Assembly: GCA_951406725.2 (NCBI GenBank)
Contig: OX597819.1
Location: 57,970,001 to 58,034,000 of the forward strand
From: Octopus vulgaris
Lineage: Eukaryota
Direction of reading: 5' to 3'
DNA length: 64,000 nucleotides
Part shown: positions 50,846-64,000 of the stretch, one piece after another
How positions within the stretch are numbered: position 1 is the stretch's first letter
Layout of the letters: every line of letters starts with the position of its first letter
Notes under the pieces: generated by a model
The model's input: the letters and a program-made list of their open reading frames with translations, nothing else
Told to the model about the DNA's origin: nothing
Database searches by the model: none
Position numbers and translations under genes: made by a program

Positions 50846-53106
50846 TTATATTTATATATATATATATATATATGCATATATAATATATATGCAAATATAG
50901 CTACCTAAATGCATATATATTATATTATACTATATACACACACACAAAAAAAAAACACAGATATGTGTGTGTGCGTCTATGTATGTATGTATGTATGTTA
51001 TCTTGCATGTATGTATGCATGTATGTATGTATGCATGTATGTATGTATGCATGTATGTATGTATGCATGTATGTATGTATGTATGTATGTATGTATTAGC
51101 ATGTTGGTGGAGGGAGTGTTACTTTTTGTTTATAGTCAGGTATCTTGTCCAGTAGATATATTTTCGTTTGGCTTATGTAATTGAATCTGTCAAGGAAAAA
51201 ATGTATGATATTCTTCTTTGGAGTATAAGGGGATGGTGGCCTGTCTATTCTCCCAAAAGAATCAAAAGAAGTTTTGTTACATTCAGAAAACAGTATATGT
51301 TGCACATACACACGCATATACACATGCGCGCACACTCAAATATACAGTTGAGTGTGGGCGAGGAAGAAATGTATGGAGAGAGAATTATAGATTTAGTCGC
51401 TTACTGCAGTAAACATATTCCTTAGTGAAAAATGGTAATTTTCATCTTTTTGTTTTCTCCTTTTTGCTTGCTTTTTTTTTCTTTTTTCCCTGAAATAATG
51501 AGCAAAGCACGATCAGAATATACTTATTGTAGCAAAAGCTAATTCTATAGAGTAATAAATTTAAACGAAATTGATTTACAGAAAAGATATAAGAATACAT
51601 GTTTATCGAGTGTTGGTAGTGTGAGGGAGAGCCCCAATGATTCCCTGGGGTTGAATATCACACCAGTACAAGTGAGATGTCCAGTTTTCTCTATTGAGAG
51701 TCCTCACACGAATGTTCAAACTGTTAGAAGTTGCAGCCAAAGTTTCCTCGAGCCAAATTTGATCACATAAAATGACACAAAAAATTAGATATTCTTGAAC
51801 ATATTGTTTGAAAAGAATCTAGGATAGAATTAGCTGAAAAGCTTTGATTCTATATCTGTTTCAGCTGATCTGGTATGGGGATAAACAACTTCTATACGAA
51901 ATTTCAATCTTTATCTGACAGTCTAACAAGTGTGTGCCCTTACTAGCTGAAAGTCGGCACACTATATGAATACGCAGATCTTTGGTGATGGTCCCACTAT
52001 AAACAGTTTCACTTTTGAGAAAAGATTCAAATAGTACAATTTTTTATTTGAGATACAGGTCATCTGATTAACTTTGAAAATGGTGAGATCTCTAAACAAA
52101 TATATAACAACTAAGCCATATTCCTATTTTCATTTGGGGTCATATTACTTGGTTTCTCTTCTTTATAGCGCAGTGATTGTCTCGATGACTTCTTCAAGAA
52201 AGTATTAATTATGAGTATCAGCTCTATTCTATAGACAGGTAACAAAAGCGAGATCAATTGTAAAATACTTTGTATTTAGACGTTTTAAAATGCGATGCCA
52301 GTTTATCTCCCTTTACAAAAGCTCTCTTTCGATTTTATAAACTATTATTCTTGTTGTAACTCAGTGCTGATGAGTCTACATCACACTTGCCAGCAGTGAC
52401 ATATCATGGCTGACAAGTATAAGACTTTGAAAACATCTTCCACCACTATTGTAAAACCATAAAAAGCAACGTTATTTCTTCTTATGTATAGGTTTGAAAG
52501 TTGAGGCAACAGAGAGGAGTTACAACTGGATGAAATTTACTGGTGATTTAATTGCACAAGCCTCCGATATTCAGATAGTTAAAAACTGTAAGCAGATGGG
52601 CCTGGATGCAGCCCGGCCTCCTTCGAGTGTAAGATTTTAAGGGGCCAAACACTTGCCTGGGAGGAGTTTCTTCACTGAAGACTTTCTGCTCTTTTGAGAG
52701 ATTCTTACCACTAAAATTCTTGCAACCATGTAACTAACACTCATATAACAGGATTATCAAAGATAAATCCATTATTAAAATTTCGATACGCCCGAGTGAA
52801 AAAGATTCACTATCACAGTTCCATGTGATCGAACAAATGTATATGTAAAATAATTCAAACCGCAGATGTCCCAACCGTTTTCCAATAACATATTGTGCAT
52901 AAGACTACATTACAAAATAGACATCTCCTTTTGTGAGAAGGCAAAGTATACAATGGAGATCATGTAGATTAACGTTGAGTTCGTAAATTTAAACCTATCT
53001 CTTCTTACATATTTTACTTAATGCATCACAAACGCTGCACAAAGATTTCTCTCAAACATATCATTTATATCATTTACACACATTACAATGCTTCAAAATT
53101 TTAATG

Positions 53107-53140
<34 letters not shown>

Positions 53141-53143
<3 letters not shown>

Positions 53144-53322
53144 GCTGGTGCCACGTAGAGATCACCCAGTACATTCTGTAAAGTCGTTAGTGTTAGGAAG
53201 GGCATCCAGCCGAAGAAATCATGCCAAAATAGACAAATGGTGTCTGGTGTAGCTTGCCATCACTGGTCAAATCGTCGAACCCGTGCCAGCATGGACAACG
53301 GACGTTAAATGATGATGATGAT
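53141..53322 (+). mobile_element. 3' end of a SINE or LINE-like element with a (GAT)n tail
   Basis: gttaggaagggcatccagccg...ccagcatggacaacggacgttaaa(tga)n. Confidence 0.6.
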
Positions 53323-53608
53323 GAGGAGGAGGAGGAGGAGGAGGGGTAAGGGGAGGAGGAAAGGGAGAGGGTGGGATGAGGAGAGGAGGAGGAGGATTGA
53401 AATGGTGTTCATAAATTATCTTTACAAATTCCCCAATATATTGTATGTGTTGTGTACAATGTGGCCCACGTGAAAGTGATCTGATGTTAATAAAACTTTA
53501 TCCGTTTTCCAACAAACTCTACTTAGTTATCCTTGTTCTTCATTTTCTTTCCTTCATTTTTCTAATTGTAAATGCTATTTATAGACGTCTTGTATATATA
53601 TATAGAGA

Positions 53609-54876
53609 GAGGGGCTGGATAAAATAATGGAAACACCAAACATCATAGCATCATAATCCTGAAATATCTATAAAACCATCAAAAGTTTGTATATTTTTAT
53701 GGTTTTTTTTTATTTATTAGTGTTGCCTAATATGTGTTGCTAAAATTGCTGGGTTTTTTTTCAGATATCAATAGAAAAAGGTAATTAAAATTCATTAAAA
53801 TGGCAGGTCTATCGGACTTTCAAAGAGGTCAAATTGTGGTGCTCGTATGGCAGGCGCTAGCGTAACGAAAACAGCCGAAATGTTTGATGTATCAAGAAGT
53901 ACTGTCTCGAAAGTAATGACAGCCTTTGAGCAAGAGGAAAAAAACCTTCTTGTCGAAACAAAACTCAGGAAGAAAGCCAAAACTTTCAGATAGGGACCGT
54001 CGGACTCTTACGTAAATTGTTAGAAAGGATCACAAAAGTACAGCTCACTAAATTACTGCAGAGCTGAATGACCATATCGGCAACCCAGTTTCCACAAAAG
54101 CTGTTTGCCAGGAGCTGCGCAAAGCCGGATTTTACGGGAGGGCTGCAATCAGAAAACCACTACTTTCAAAAACAAATGTTACAAAACGTTTATAGTGAAG
54201 TAAAAACCTACAGAATTGGTCCCTAGAGCAGTGGAAGAATGTTATTTTCTCGGACGAGTCATCCATTACCTTATTTCCAGCCACCGGCCGATTATACGTA
54301 TGAAGATAGCCAAAAGAAGCATTTGATCCAGACTGCCTTCTTTCAACTGATAAACATGGAGGAGGATCTGTGATGATCTGAGGTGCTATACCTTCGAAAT
54401 CCGGCTCAATGGTTTCCCTTCATGGCAGAATTAATAGTCAAGACTATTTAAGCATTTTATCTGATCGAATTCGTCTGATGGTTGCAGAACAGTTTCCGGG
54501 AGGAAACGCAATCTTTAAGATGATAATGCACCAATTCACATAGCTAAAGTTGTTACTGAATGACACGAGGAATATTCCAGTGAAGTTGAATATCTTATCT
54601 GGCCACCACAGTCCCCAATCTCAATATTATTGAACATTTATGGTGCATTTAAGAAAAAAAAGTAAGGAGTCTGTATCCTCCACCATCATCACTACAAGAA
54701 CTGGAGACTGTTTTAGCTGAAAAATGGACAAAAATTCCTTTGGAAACAAATCAAACTTTCTACGAGTCCATACCTCGTAGAATTCAAGCTGTAATTATTG
54801 CCAAAGATAGACGTACCCCATATTAACATAAATTTGTTCGAAATTTTAAGTTGCCATTATTTTTGTCCAAACCCTG
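53609..54876 (+). mobile_element. Near full-length Tc1-family DNA transposon
   Basis: TIRs (ggggctggataaaataatggaaac / gttgccattatttttgtccaaaccctg|TA) enclosing a disrupted transposase. Confidence 0.9.
53800..54826 (+). pseudogene. Tc1 DDE transposase with stops and frameshifts
   Basis: MAGLSDFQRGQIV.ARMAGASVTKTAEMFDVSRSTVSKV (HTH), WKNVIFSDES, KHGGGSVM, DDNAPIH, WPPQSP.LNIIE. Confidence 0.92.
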
Positions 54877-54922
54877 TATACATACATACATACATACATA
54901 CATACATACATACATACATACA

Positions 54923-55006
<84 letters not shown>

Positions 55007-55089
55007 AATATATGTGGTGTGGTCACTCGGTCTGCTTAGAAATATTAGCTATTGATGTTATAGTGCCTAACATAAATTACATATGACTC

Positions 55090-55136
<47 letters not shown>

Positions 55137-55687
55137 TGCAATTTTATTTAGTGTTGATTGTGGAGAGTGTGACGTGCGCGATGTATTATTTGGTTGGGTG
55201 GTTACTTGATAGTATGCCTTGAATAACGATGTAAGCTGTGCCTCGTAACGCAATATTTTTGGCTGTATTCAACGTCATGAGTTCTAGATACGCTTGTTTG
55301 TTTTTGAGACTTTTACTTGACGACTCTTCACCTCACACCCCGTTGACAAAACACCCACGCATACACACATACACACACATACACGCACACGCAGATACAT
55401 ACGCACGTTATTCTGAGTCTTCCCTCCATAGTGCCAAATCTGCTTTTAAAAAAGGGTCCACATATGTTCTACTCTAGTTCTTCCACTAGATATTTTCTTC
55501 CCTACAACCACGTATGTACCAATGTCTTGTTCTTTTTGAAACCGAGAATCTTCGTCATTTCTCCTCCTTCTCGGATTATACTAATTCCTGAGAACCCTGT
55601 TATCTGTTAGGTTGTTTTTACTAAATCCTAAATCTTTGTTCTTTGTTCTTATACTGCACTAATATACATGCAAACAATTAAATATAT

Positions 55688-55753
<66 letters not shown>

Positions 55754-55919
55754 GTATGTATATATATATAATGTGTAAATAACGGCGTGTGTGTGTGAGC
55801 TACTTCATGCTTTATGCTCGGGAAGTACAACTTTCAAATGCACCTGTATATTACGTAACCTGTACAATCCGTTAATCGTTAAGACTCATATCGTATGGCT
55901 ACTGCATGAGAAAATACGA

Positions 55920-56560
55920 AGGAAAATGCGAAGAGACGTCTTAAGGTGAAGGGGGATAATTCTACTCTGAAATCTTAATTATGTATCATAAAACGTAAGA
56001 GTGTATTAGAGGAGACCATTTGCAGGGGTATTCGAATGGAAAATCTGCTGTTTGCTTAACAGTGTATCTAAACTGTTGAGGAGGGCGTCTTCCAATTCGA
56101 CAGCAGAAATTTGTCGAGATACATACATCTGGTAAATATCACTAACCTCGATTTTACAAGGCCAATACCATTCTGTTCTTCAATCTAATAAGGACGTGTG
56201 TTCTTGCAGCTGTACAGCATTTACACCTTTTTGAGCCATTGTTGCATGGCCTTCGTCTTTCTATGATGTTCCACTAAATGTTGCGTAGTATGCTGTTGTC
56301 TTTTAGCTTCCAGATATGGCTTGCGAGTCTGTGCTATTCGTTTTGTCTACCTGTCTGTAAAACAAAACTAATTAGTGAAGTATATATTTTTGAGGTAATT
56401 TCGTATTGTCCAATATATTTTCTCCTTGAAACGCGGTTAATCTCTCCTTCGTAGACGACTGGGGCTAAACATTAATACCTGGTTTATTGGGCGTGTATCT
56501 TGGGTGCAAAAGAATGCAGTTTGGAGTGGCCATCTCAGTTGAACTACGTGGCATAATGTC
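55920..56560 (-). pseudogene. Penelope-like GIY-YIG endonuclease remnant
   Basis: Minus strand CLAPVVYEGEINRVSRRKYIGQ (GIY-YIG-like VVY...YIG), then ASHIWKLKDN...WNIIE...NNGSKRCKCC. Confidence 0.75.
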
Positions 56561-56633
56561 ATTCTTTATGCTAAGTCGCGAGATTTAGGTACATATCTAT
56601 TTAGAATTATAGATATGCAGATGCATGCATTGG

Positions 56634-56670
<37 letters not shown>

Positions 56671-56927
56671 ACTCTTCCATGACACAACGGGAGACGAACC
56701 CGCACCTCCCAGATACCGTCTGAGTACTCTACCAATTAAGCTAAACTTCCACTTGGCAACAATATCCAGCAAATTAAACGCTGTACCAAATATTTCTGCT
56801 GTTTTCATGGCTATACTGCATTCCAAATATTACTATCTTCTCTGTTTGATACGATACACACATTCGATACGATACGCATTCAAAAACAAAAGTTTGTTTC
56901 CACACGCACACACACAAATATACTGTG

Positions 56928-57006
<79 letters not shown>

Positions 57007-57174
57007 GTGTGTGTAATATACGTATATTTCATTGATATGTGATAGCAATGAAAAACACAGAATTCAATGTTATCGTAGAGTGGATATTTGTGAGATAAAC
57101 AACATAACTAACATTGTATACTGTTGAATACCTACACACACCCATGAATATTATTATGATTATTGTTGTTGTTG

Positions 57175-57218
<44 letters not shown>

Positions 57219-57424
57219 GTTATTATCATCATTATCATTATTCAAATACATATATATAACATATATATATATATATATATCCCAACATATACATACATCA
57301 TGTGTGTGTGTGCATGTGTGCAGATGGGTGCGTACGTATATACACATGTGTGTTTGTATATATGTGTGTATACATATACGGATGTATGTATATATTTATA
57401 ACCGGTATTACTTCTTAAAACGAT

Positions 57425-57477
<53 letters not shown>

Positions 57478-57581
57478 ACGTTTATGTGTCTGTGTAAATA
57501 CATGTATATATGTATATATGTCGGTATGTATTAATGTATGTATCTATATTTATTTATATATATATACACAAACACACTCAC

Positions 57582-57624
<43 letters not shown>

Positions 57625-58401
57625 CCTGTATTGTTTCCTCAATATAACTACATCTAATTTCCAAGGTTGAATGAACCATTTCAGCTGCATTCAATGATGA
57701 TAAATGTTTATTTGTTTACAATCTTAAATGGAAACTTCCGATATCATTTATCATATCCGAATTTTGCTCAAACGTTGCAGTGATCGTGTGAGAAAGAAAA
57801 CCATAAAACAATGCATGTAAGGATTAAACGTGTTATACATCGGTGCGTATAATATGCATATATATACATGCATACATATTTATTTATGTATGGGTGTATA
57901 TACGTAAGTGGTTCCTGTGTACCCAGGAATGCATGGATACGTAAACTGGTAGATAAGATGATGGATAGCTAGATACATGCATAAAAGCATGCCTGAGTGT
58001 ATATATATATATATGTATGTATACACGTATATGTATGTATACACCTATATGTTCGTATATATGACTGTGTTTATACTTATATATATATATATATATACAC
58101 GCATACACACACACACATACAGATATACATAATATCTAAATAAATGTGTGTAATATATATGCGCATAATATACACATATTAATGTTCGGTGCATATAATA
58201 TATAAATAATATATAAATATATATAAATATATATATAATGCGTACACAGCATGAATGGTTACGTAAATAAGCTGATCTAATGATGGATAGTTTGCTTTAT
58301 ACATACATGCATATAAATAGATGTTTGAATGTATAACACACACACTCTCCCTCTCTTTATATATATATACTTTTATATTTATATATGTATATAATTTGAT
58401 A

Positions 58402-58438
<37 letters not shown>

Positions 58439-58476
58439 TATATATATATTATATATATATATACACTTATGTATAT

Positions 58477-58583
<107 letters not shown>

Positions 58584-60214
58584 TATTCAACAGAAGAACA
58601 GAGTGATTCAAAAAACCAGAGTTTTGAGCATTAGCACTTGGCAAAATTTTGATAATGCTCGAGATTCTTGGCCGTTTCGTTACCCTAATTTTCCTACTAA
58701 AAACTGATAAAAGAACATACATATATATTCATGTTTTAGCTATATATATATATATATATCTATATCGTGAATGTATGATATATCCCAATAAGAAGCACAT
58801 TCTAAAGAATAGAGCAGTAATGTATTTATATGTAGTTAAGTCTATGTCCAGTCGTCCAGTCATAGAGTGACCAATGGTTTCGCATCCATAAAGGAATTAG
58901 CCCCTTGAACGTCTCGTGAAAATGAATCACATAAGCTACTTCATTAGCTTATAGCAGTTTCTGCTATTAGAAGCAGTGCACTCAGAGCTGATTGCTTGTG
59001 CAACGTCTTATAGATCCCTAGCTTCCACACAGTTTTATGTAACAAATTCACTCACGAAGCTTTTGTCGCCAGGCAATATGGTCGAGGTCACTTTACGAAA
59101 TCGCCACACTGTTAGACTGAGCCGGAAACCAGAAAGCTATGCATGCATCCAATATTGATAAAACAGAGGCAGAAATTTGAACCAGAATTGATAATTTTCC
59201 TATGAAGAGAAATTATACCAATAAGAATATGCTTTCATAAGGCAAAGACTACTTTATGAGAAGATTCCTACCTCACTATAAACCATGGAAGTGCCGTTGT
59301 GCATTTAGTTCACTAAAGCATCAAACTAAATATCTATCATTGGATAGGATTGTTTTGCGTTTTTGCTCAGCATGAATTGTGGCAATGGTGTAGATTTTAA
59401 CGTCTTGACTACGACTAGCATAATGCCAAAAAAAAAAACTATAAAAAAAACGGGTATAAGAATTCACAATGCGTCGATCAATACATTATTCAATCAAGCA
59501 TTACAAATTAGCTGGAAATTGGTTAATAAACATATTTTATTCATTCATGCATCCATGGATGTGATACAACTTCGGCTCTTTATAACAAAGGTAAAAGTCT
59601 TCACATTAAGAAGCTAAAATAATCAGAATATGCAACATAAATATGCTTTGTTCATCCTTCGGCTGTGACACCCACAGGAAAACTAGTGAAAAAAAATAGA
59701 AAGCAGTTTTGTTTCTTTTCAATACAAAATACAATATTTCTTTGGAGAAGATATAGAATATATTCTATGACTTCTGAAACATTTCCCCAGAAGTCTTTCC
59801 TTTGATCTTTTCATATGTTAAAAGAAATAACATAGAACTTCTTTTGATCCTAAATTTGTCTTAAATGTTGTATGCACGTATAAATAATTCAATTACTATG
59901 CATTAAAGATACGCAATATCTGCCATGTTGGCATTTAGTTTTCACGTGAGCTACACATTTTCCGTATGTTGCTGAAATCGAATCAAAGTTTAGCTGACTA
60001 CAATGAATATTACTAAGGCAGTTCTCTGGTTTTCGAAAGAGTTCGAATTTTGCCACGCTTTATAAGTAAACAAACAAACATACACACACACAATCACACG
60101 TGTGTGTGTGTGTGTACGTGTATGTGCGTGTTTGTTTGTGTGTTTGTGGGTTTGCGTGTGTGTGTGCGTAAATATGTACGTGTCTATATATTCTATTACT
60201 TTTTTTATCGTTTT

Positions 60215-60617
60215 TCTCTTTTACTTGTTTCAGTCATTTTACTGCAGCCATACTGGAGCACCGCCTTGTAGTCGAACAAATCGATTCCCCAGGATTTATT
60301 CTTTGTAAGTTTAGTACCTATTCTATCGGTCACTTTTGCTGAACTGCTGATTTATAGGGACGTAAAAATACCACCATCGGTTGTCAAGCGATGGTGGGGG
60401 TAAACACAGACATACAAAAATACACACAAACACACACACATATATATACATATACGACAGGCTTCTTTCAGTTTCCGTCAATCAAATCCACTCACAAGGC
60501 TTTGGTCGGCTGGAGGTTATAGTAGAAGACACTTACCCAAGGTGCCACGTAGTGGAACTGAACCCGGTACCATTTAGTTGTTAAGCAAGCTACTTACCAC
60601 ACAGCCACTCCTGCGCC
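60215..60617 (-). mobile_element. SINE family A, full length
   Basis: Same architecture as 36133-36607. Confidence 0.9.
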
Positions 60618-61288
60618 TATGTATATATATTATCTGCCACTCAAAATTACTTGCATGCACACACACATGTATGTATGTATGTATGTATGTATGTATGTAT
60701 GTATGTATGTATGTATGTATGTATGAAACTGTAATATCGGAACGGCTTTTCTTTTAGAGGTGATATATTTTTTTAAATGGCATCGCAGAACGTTGTAGTT
60801 TTTTGAAGCAATAATCTTCGCATATTCAATTTTATCAACGTTTCCAGGCTATCTCAGCTTCATCTCCAGGGTATGTAGTATTATTTCTTCTGTACAGATA
60901 ATGATTTTTCAATTACTTTTCAATTTTTTTTGCGGAAATTTTACAATCAGTATTTAATTAATGCAGATTTTACAGCCAGAATCTGATCATTAGAGCGTTA
61001 AATTTACACGTCATTAGATTCGCCTCTTGACCGTGGCTCAGTGGTTAGAGCCTCAAGCTTACAATCATGAGGTAGTGAGTTCGGTTTCTGGACCGGGTTG
61101 TGCGTTGTATTCTTGAGCAAGACACTTTATTTCACGTTGCTCCAGTTCATTCAGTTGTAGAAATGAGTTGCGACGTCAGTGGTGCCAAGCCGTATCGACC
61201 TTTGCCTTTCTCTTTCCAGTGGTGTAGAAAGAGGATGCTGGTATTCATGGACGATTGCTGGTCTTCAATAAAGAACTTTACCCGAACT

Positions 61289-61701
<413 letters not shown>

Positions 61702-61714
61702 CATATACATATAT

Positions 61715-61888
61715 TTGGGATCTTTCCTTCTCCTTGTTTCCGACGAAGAGCTCCGCACGAAACGTTAAACCCTCCTTCCCTTCTTTCCTGAGCGTCAATA
61801 ATACTTTAATTGTTCCACGTCCTGCGTTGCTATGTTTTTTTCTCTTTTTTTTTCTTTTTTTTCTGTGTTTTCTTGTTTGGATTAACTT
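61715..61888 (+). mobile_element. PLE-like terminal repeat family 2, embedded in (TA)n
   Basis: Homologous to 16866-17053; hammerhead-like fold at 61736-61770. Confidence 0.65.
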
Positions 61889-61901
61889 TATATACATATA
61901 C

Positions 61902-61969
<68 letters not shown>

Positions 61970-62919
61970 AATAAGCAACAAGGATATCCAGAGGTAATGC
62001 AGCTCCTTGTTGCTTATTTTCATTATAATCACCCCATTTTGAATTATATGGATAATACCAAACTAAATTCTGGTGCCTTTAACTTAAGTACCCTCCCCTC
62101 CAAGATTGCTGAGCTTAAACTGTACAATGGACCGGCGTCCCTTTCAATGGCGGTTTGTGATTTTGGTCACTTATATGCCATGAAAACCGGGTGAGTCAAT
62201 TAAACTGGACTAATGGGTCTTAGGGTTCGATGTAACAAAATCATTTCAATGACCCACCACCATTGAAGAAAAATGAAAAAGAACAAATTCACGCTGTTCA
62301 GACTTGAAACCATGTTGCATATGAAAGTAGCCTATGTGCAACAAGTATGTTTTTTTTCTCTAGTACTCCATTGATAGCTACCCTCTTCCCCCCCCCACAC
62401 ACACACACACGTACAGACACAATGCTCCAAGTCTAATAATAATCTCGGTAGTTAACTCGCCAGTTTAAAGAGCAAATATACACACAGACTATATAATGCT
62501 TCAAATATGTCAACAGAGACATAAAACCAGACTCAAGAAAGTCATGCTTAATTAAGTAACTAATTATTTTAATGTTTTTATTTTATTACAAATTTATTTT
62601 ATTACGTGCTTCATAAATAGAGGTCGATTTAAGAGCATTGACCTTTTTCAACTGGGGTCACATTTTATTTATTAACGCCAATGTTATTTTTTATTGATTT
62701 GATTTCACGATTAACTTAAACCTGTAGTTCTTGTCTGTTTCGACGCAAGTTTAGTTTAGTCGACTCACACATGGATTATACACAAACATCTCAGTCTTCT
62801 TGCAGTAAAACTTACCTTCGTAATCTTTCTTTTCTTTTCTTTTATTTTATTTTGTATAGCGTTTTTGTTTTTTGCTTTTTTTTTCTTCTTCTTTCATTCT
62901 TTATCGCTTTTCTTTTATC

Positions 62920-63195
62920 TCTTTCAATCATCGGGCAGTGGTCATGTTGGGGCACCGCTTCGAAGGGTTTTCGTCGAAGAAATCGACCATGGTCGTTTTA
63001 CTTCTTCTGCCGATCACTTGCCGAACCGGGAATTTAGGAAACGTGTACAAAATGCCGCTTTTCAAAAGCTGTTGGGGCACAAACACAATCACAAAAGTGA
63101 GCACACACACTCACGCACGCACGCACACACACTCACGCACGCACGCACACACACACACACACACGCTCTATTCGCAGGTGCGCACACCGACACAC

Positions 63196-63248
<53 letters not shown>

Positions 63249-63440
63249 TTGTCAAGTGATGGTGGGGGACAAACGCAGACAAACAGACAGACACACGCAC
63301 ACACACACACGCACACGCACACACACACATATATATGGAGTTCTTTCAGTTTCCGGCTACCATATCTACTCACAAGGCTTAAACACGAAGGATTCTTTCA
63401 GTTTCCATATATCAAATCCACTCATAAGGCTTGGGTCAAC
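62920..63440 (-). mobile_element. SINE family A, diverged, with an internal duplication and microsatellite expansion
   Basis: Tail tttcaatcat..gcagtggtcatgttggggcaccgc; ttctttcagtttcc...ctca(c/t)aaggctt occurs twice. Confidence 0.7.
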
Positions 63441-63813
63441 CAGGAATAAAACTCTTTATTCAATAACACTGTGTACAAACTCTTTACTTGGAATGACCAA
63501 TTTTAAATACTATTGGAGCTTACACACAAGGTATTGGAATCTAATATATATATACCATTCTGCCTAAACGATGAATCTACAGATCCAATATTCCCGCATG
63601 TCTCACGTCTATTTTTCATTCCTCCACTTCACTCTCTATTTCATATCTTATCTAAGATAACTATTGCTTAACCATTTTCTCACACCGTTTTCGATGAAGG
63701 ACATATAAAATATCCCGGAAACAGCTGTAAGACCTTCTATTTATAAATATCCTAAAAATCTTTCACAACCTTGCTTTTTAATCTCATTCTGAAAAATTTA
63801 TGAAAAATTTATG

Positions 63814-64000
<187 letters not shown>

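Noticed and set aside
52366-52435. CTGATGA-GTCT...AGAC hammerhead candidate
   Set aside because: GAAA does not follow stem II directly and stems I and III are absent.

Overview
AT-rich, microsatellite-saturated eukaryotic (animal) genomic DNA. The repeat make-up resembles octopus/cephalopod DNA, but that assignment is an inference. No host protein-coding gene, rRNA, genuine tRNA gene or CRISPR array can be supported, and nearly all six-frame ORFs are translations of simple repeats. The window is a layered transposon landscape. It holds one 5'-truncated CR1/L2-group LINE, several R4/Dong-type (RLE) LINE fragments sitting in (TAA)n tracts, Tc1 and mariner remnants, a Helentron-type HINE, at least three SINE families and several Penelope-like (PLE) remnants with GIY-YIG fragments. 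The most notable signal is a PLE-like family whose terminal repeat combines a tRNA-like (Pol III A/B-box) segment, an (AAT)n tract and a minimal type I hammerhead ribozyme. It inserted twice as a head-to-head inverted pair, each pair bounded by a single 12-13 bp target-site duplication. Several other hammerhead-like motifs and three (TA)n-centred fold-back palindromes are also present. Coordinates were read by eye and may be off by a few bases.
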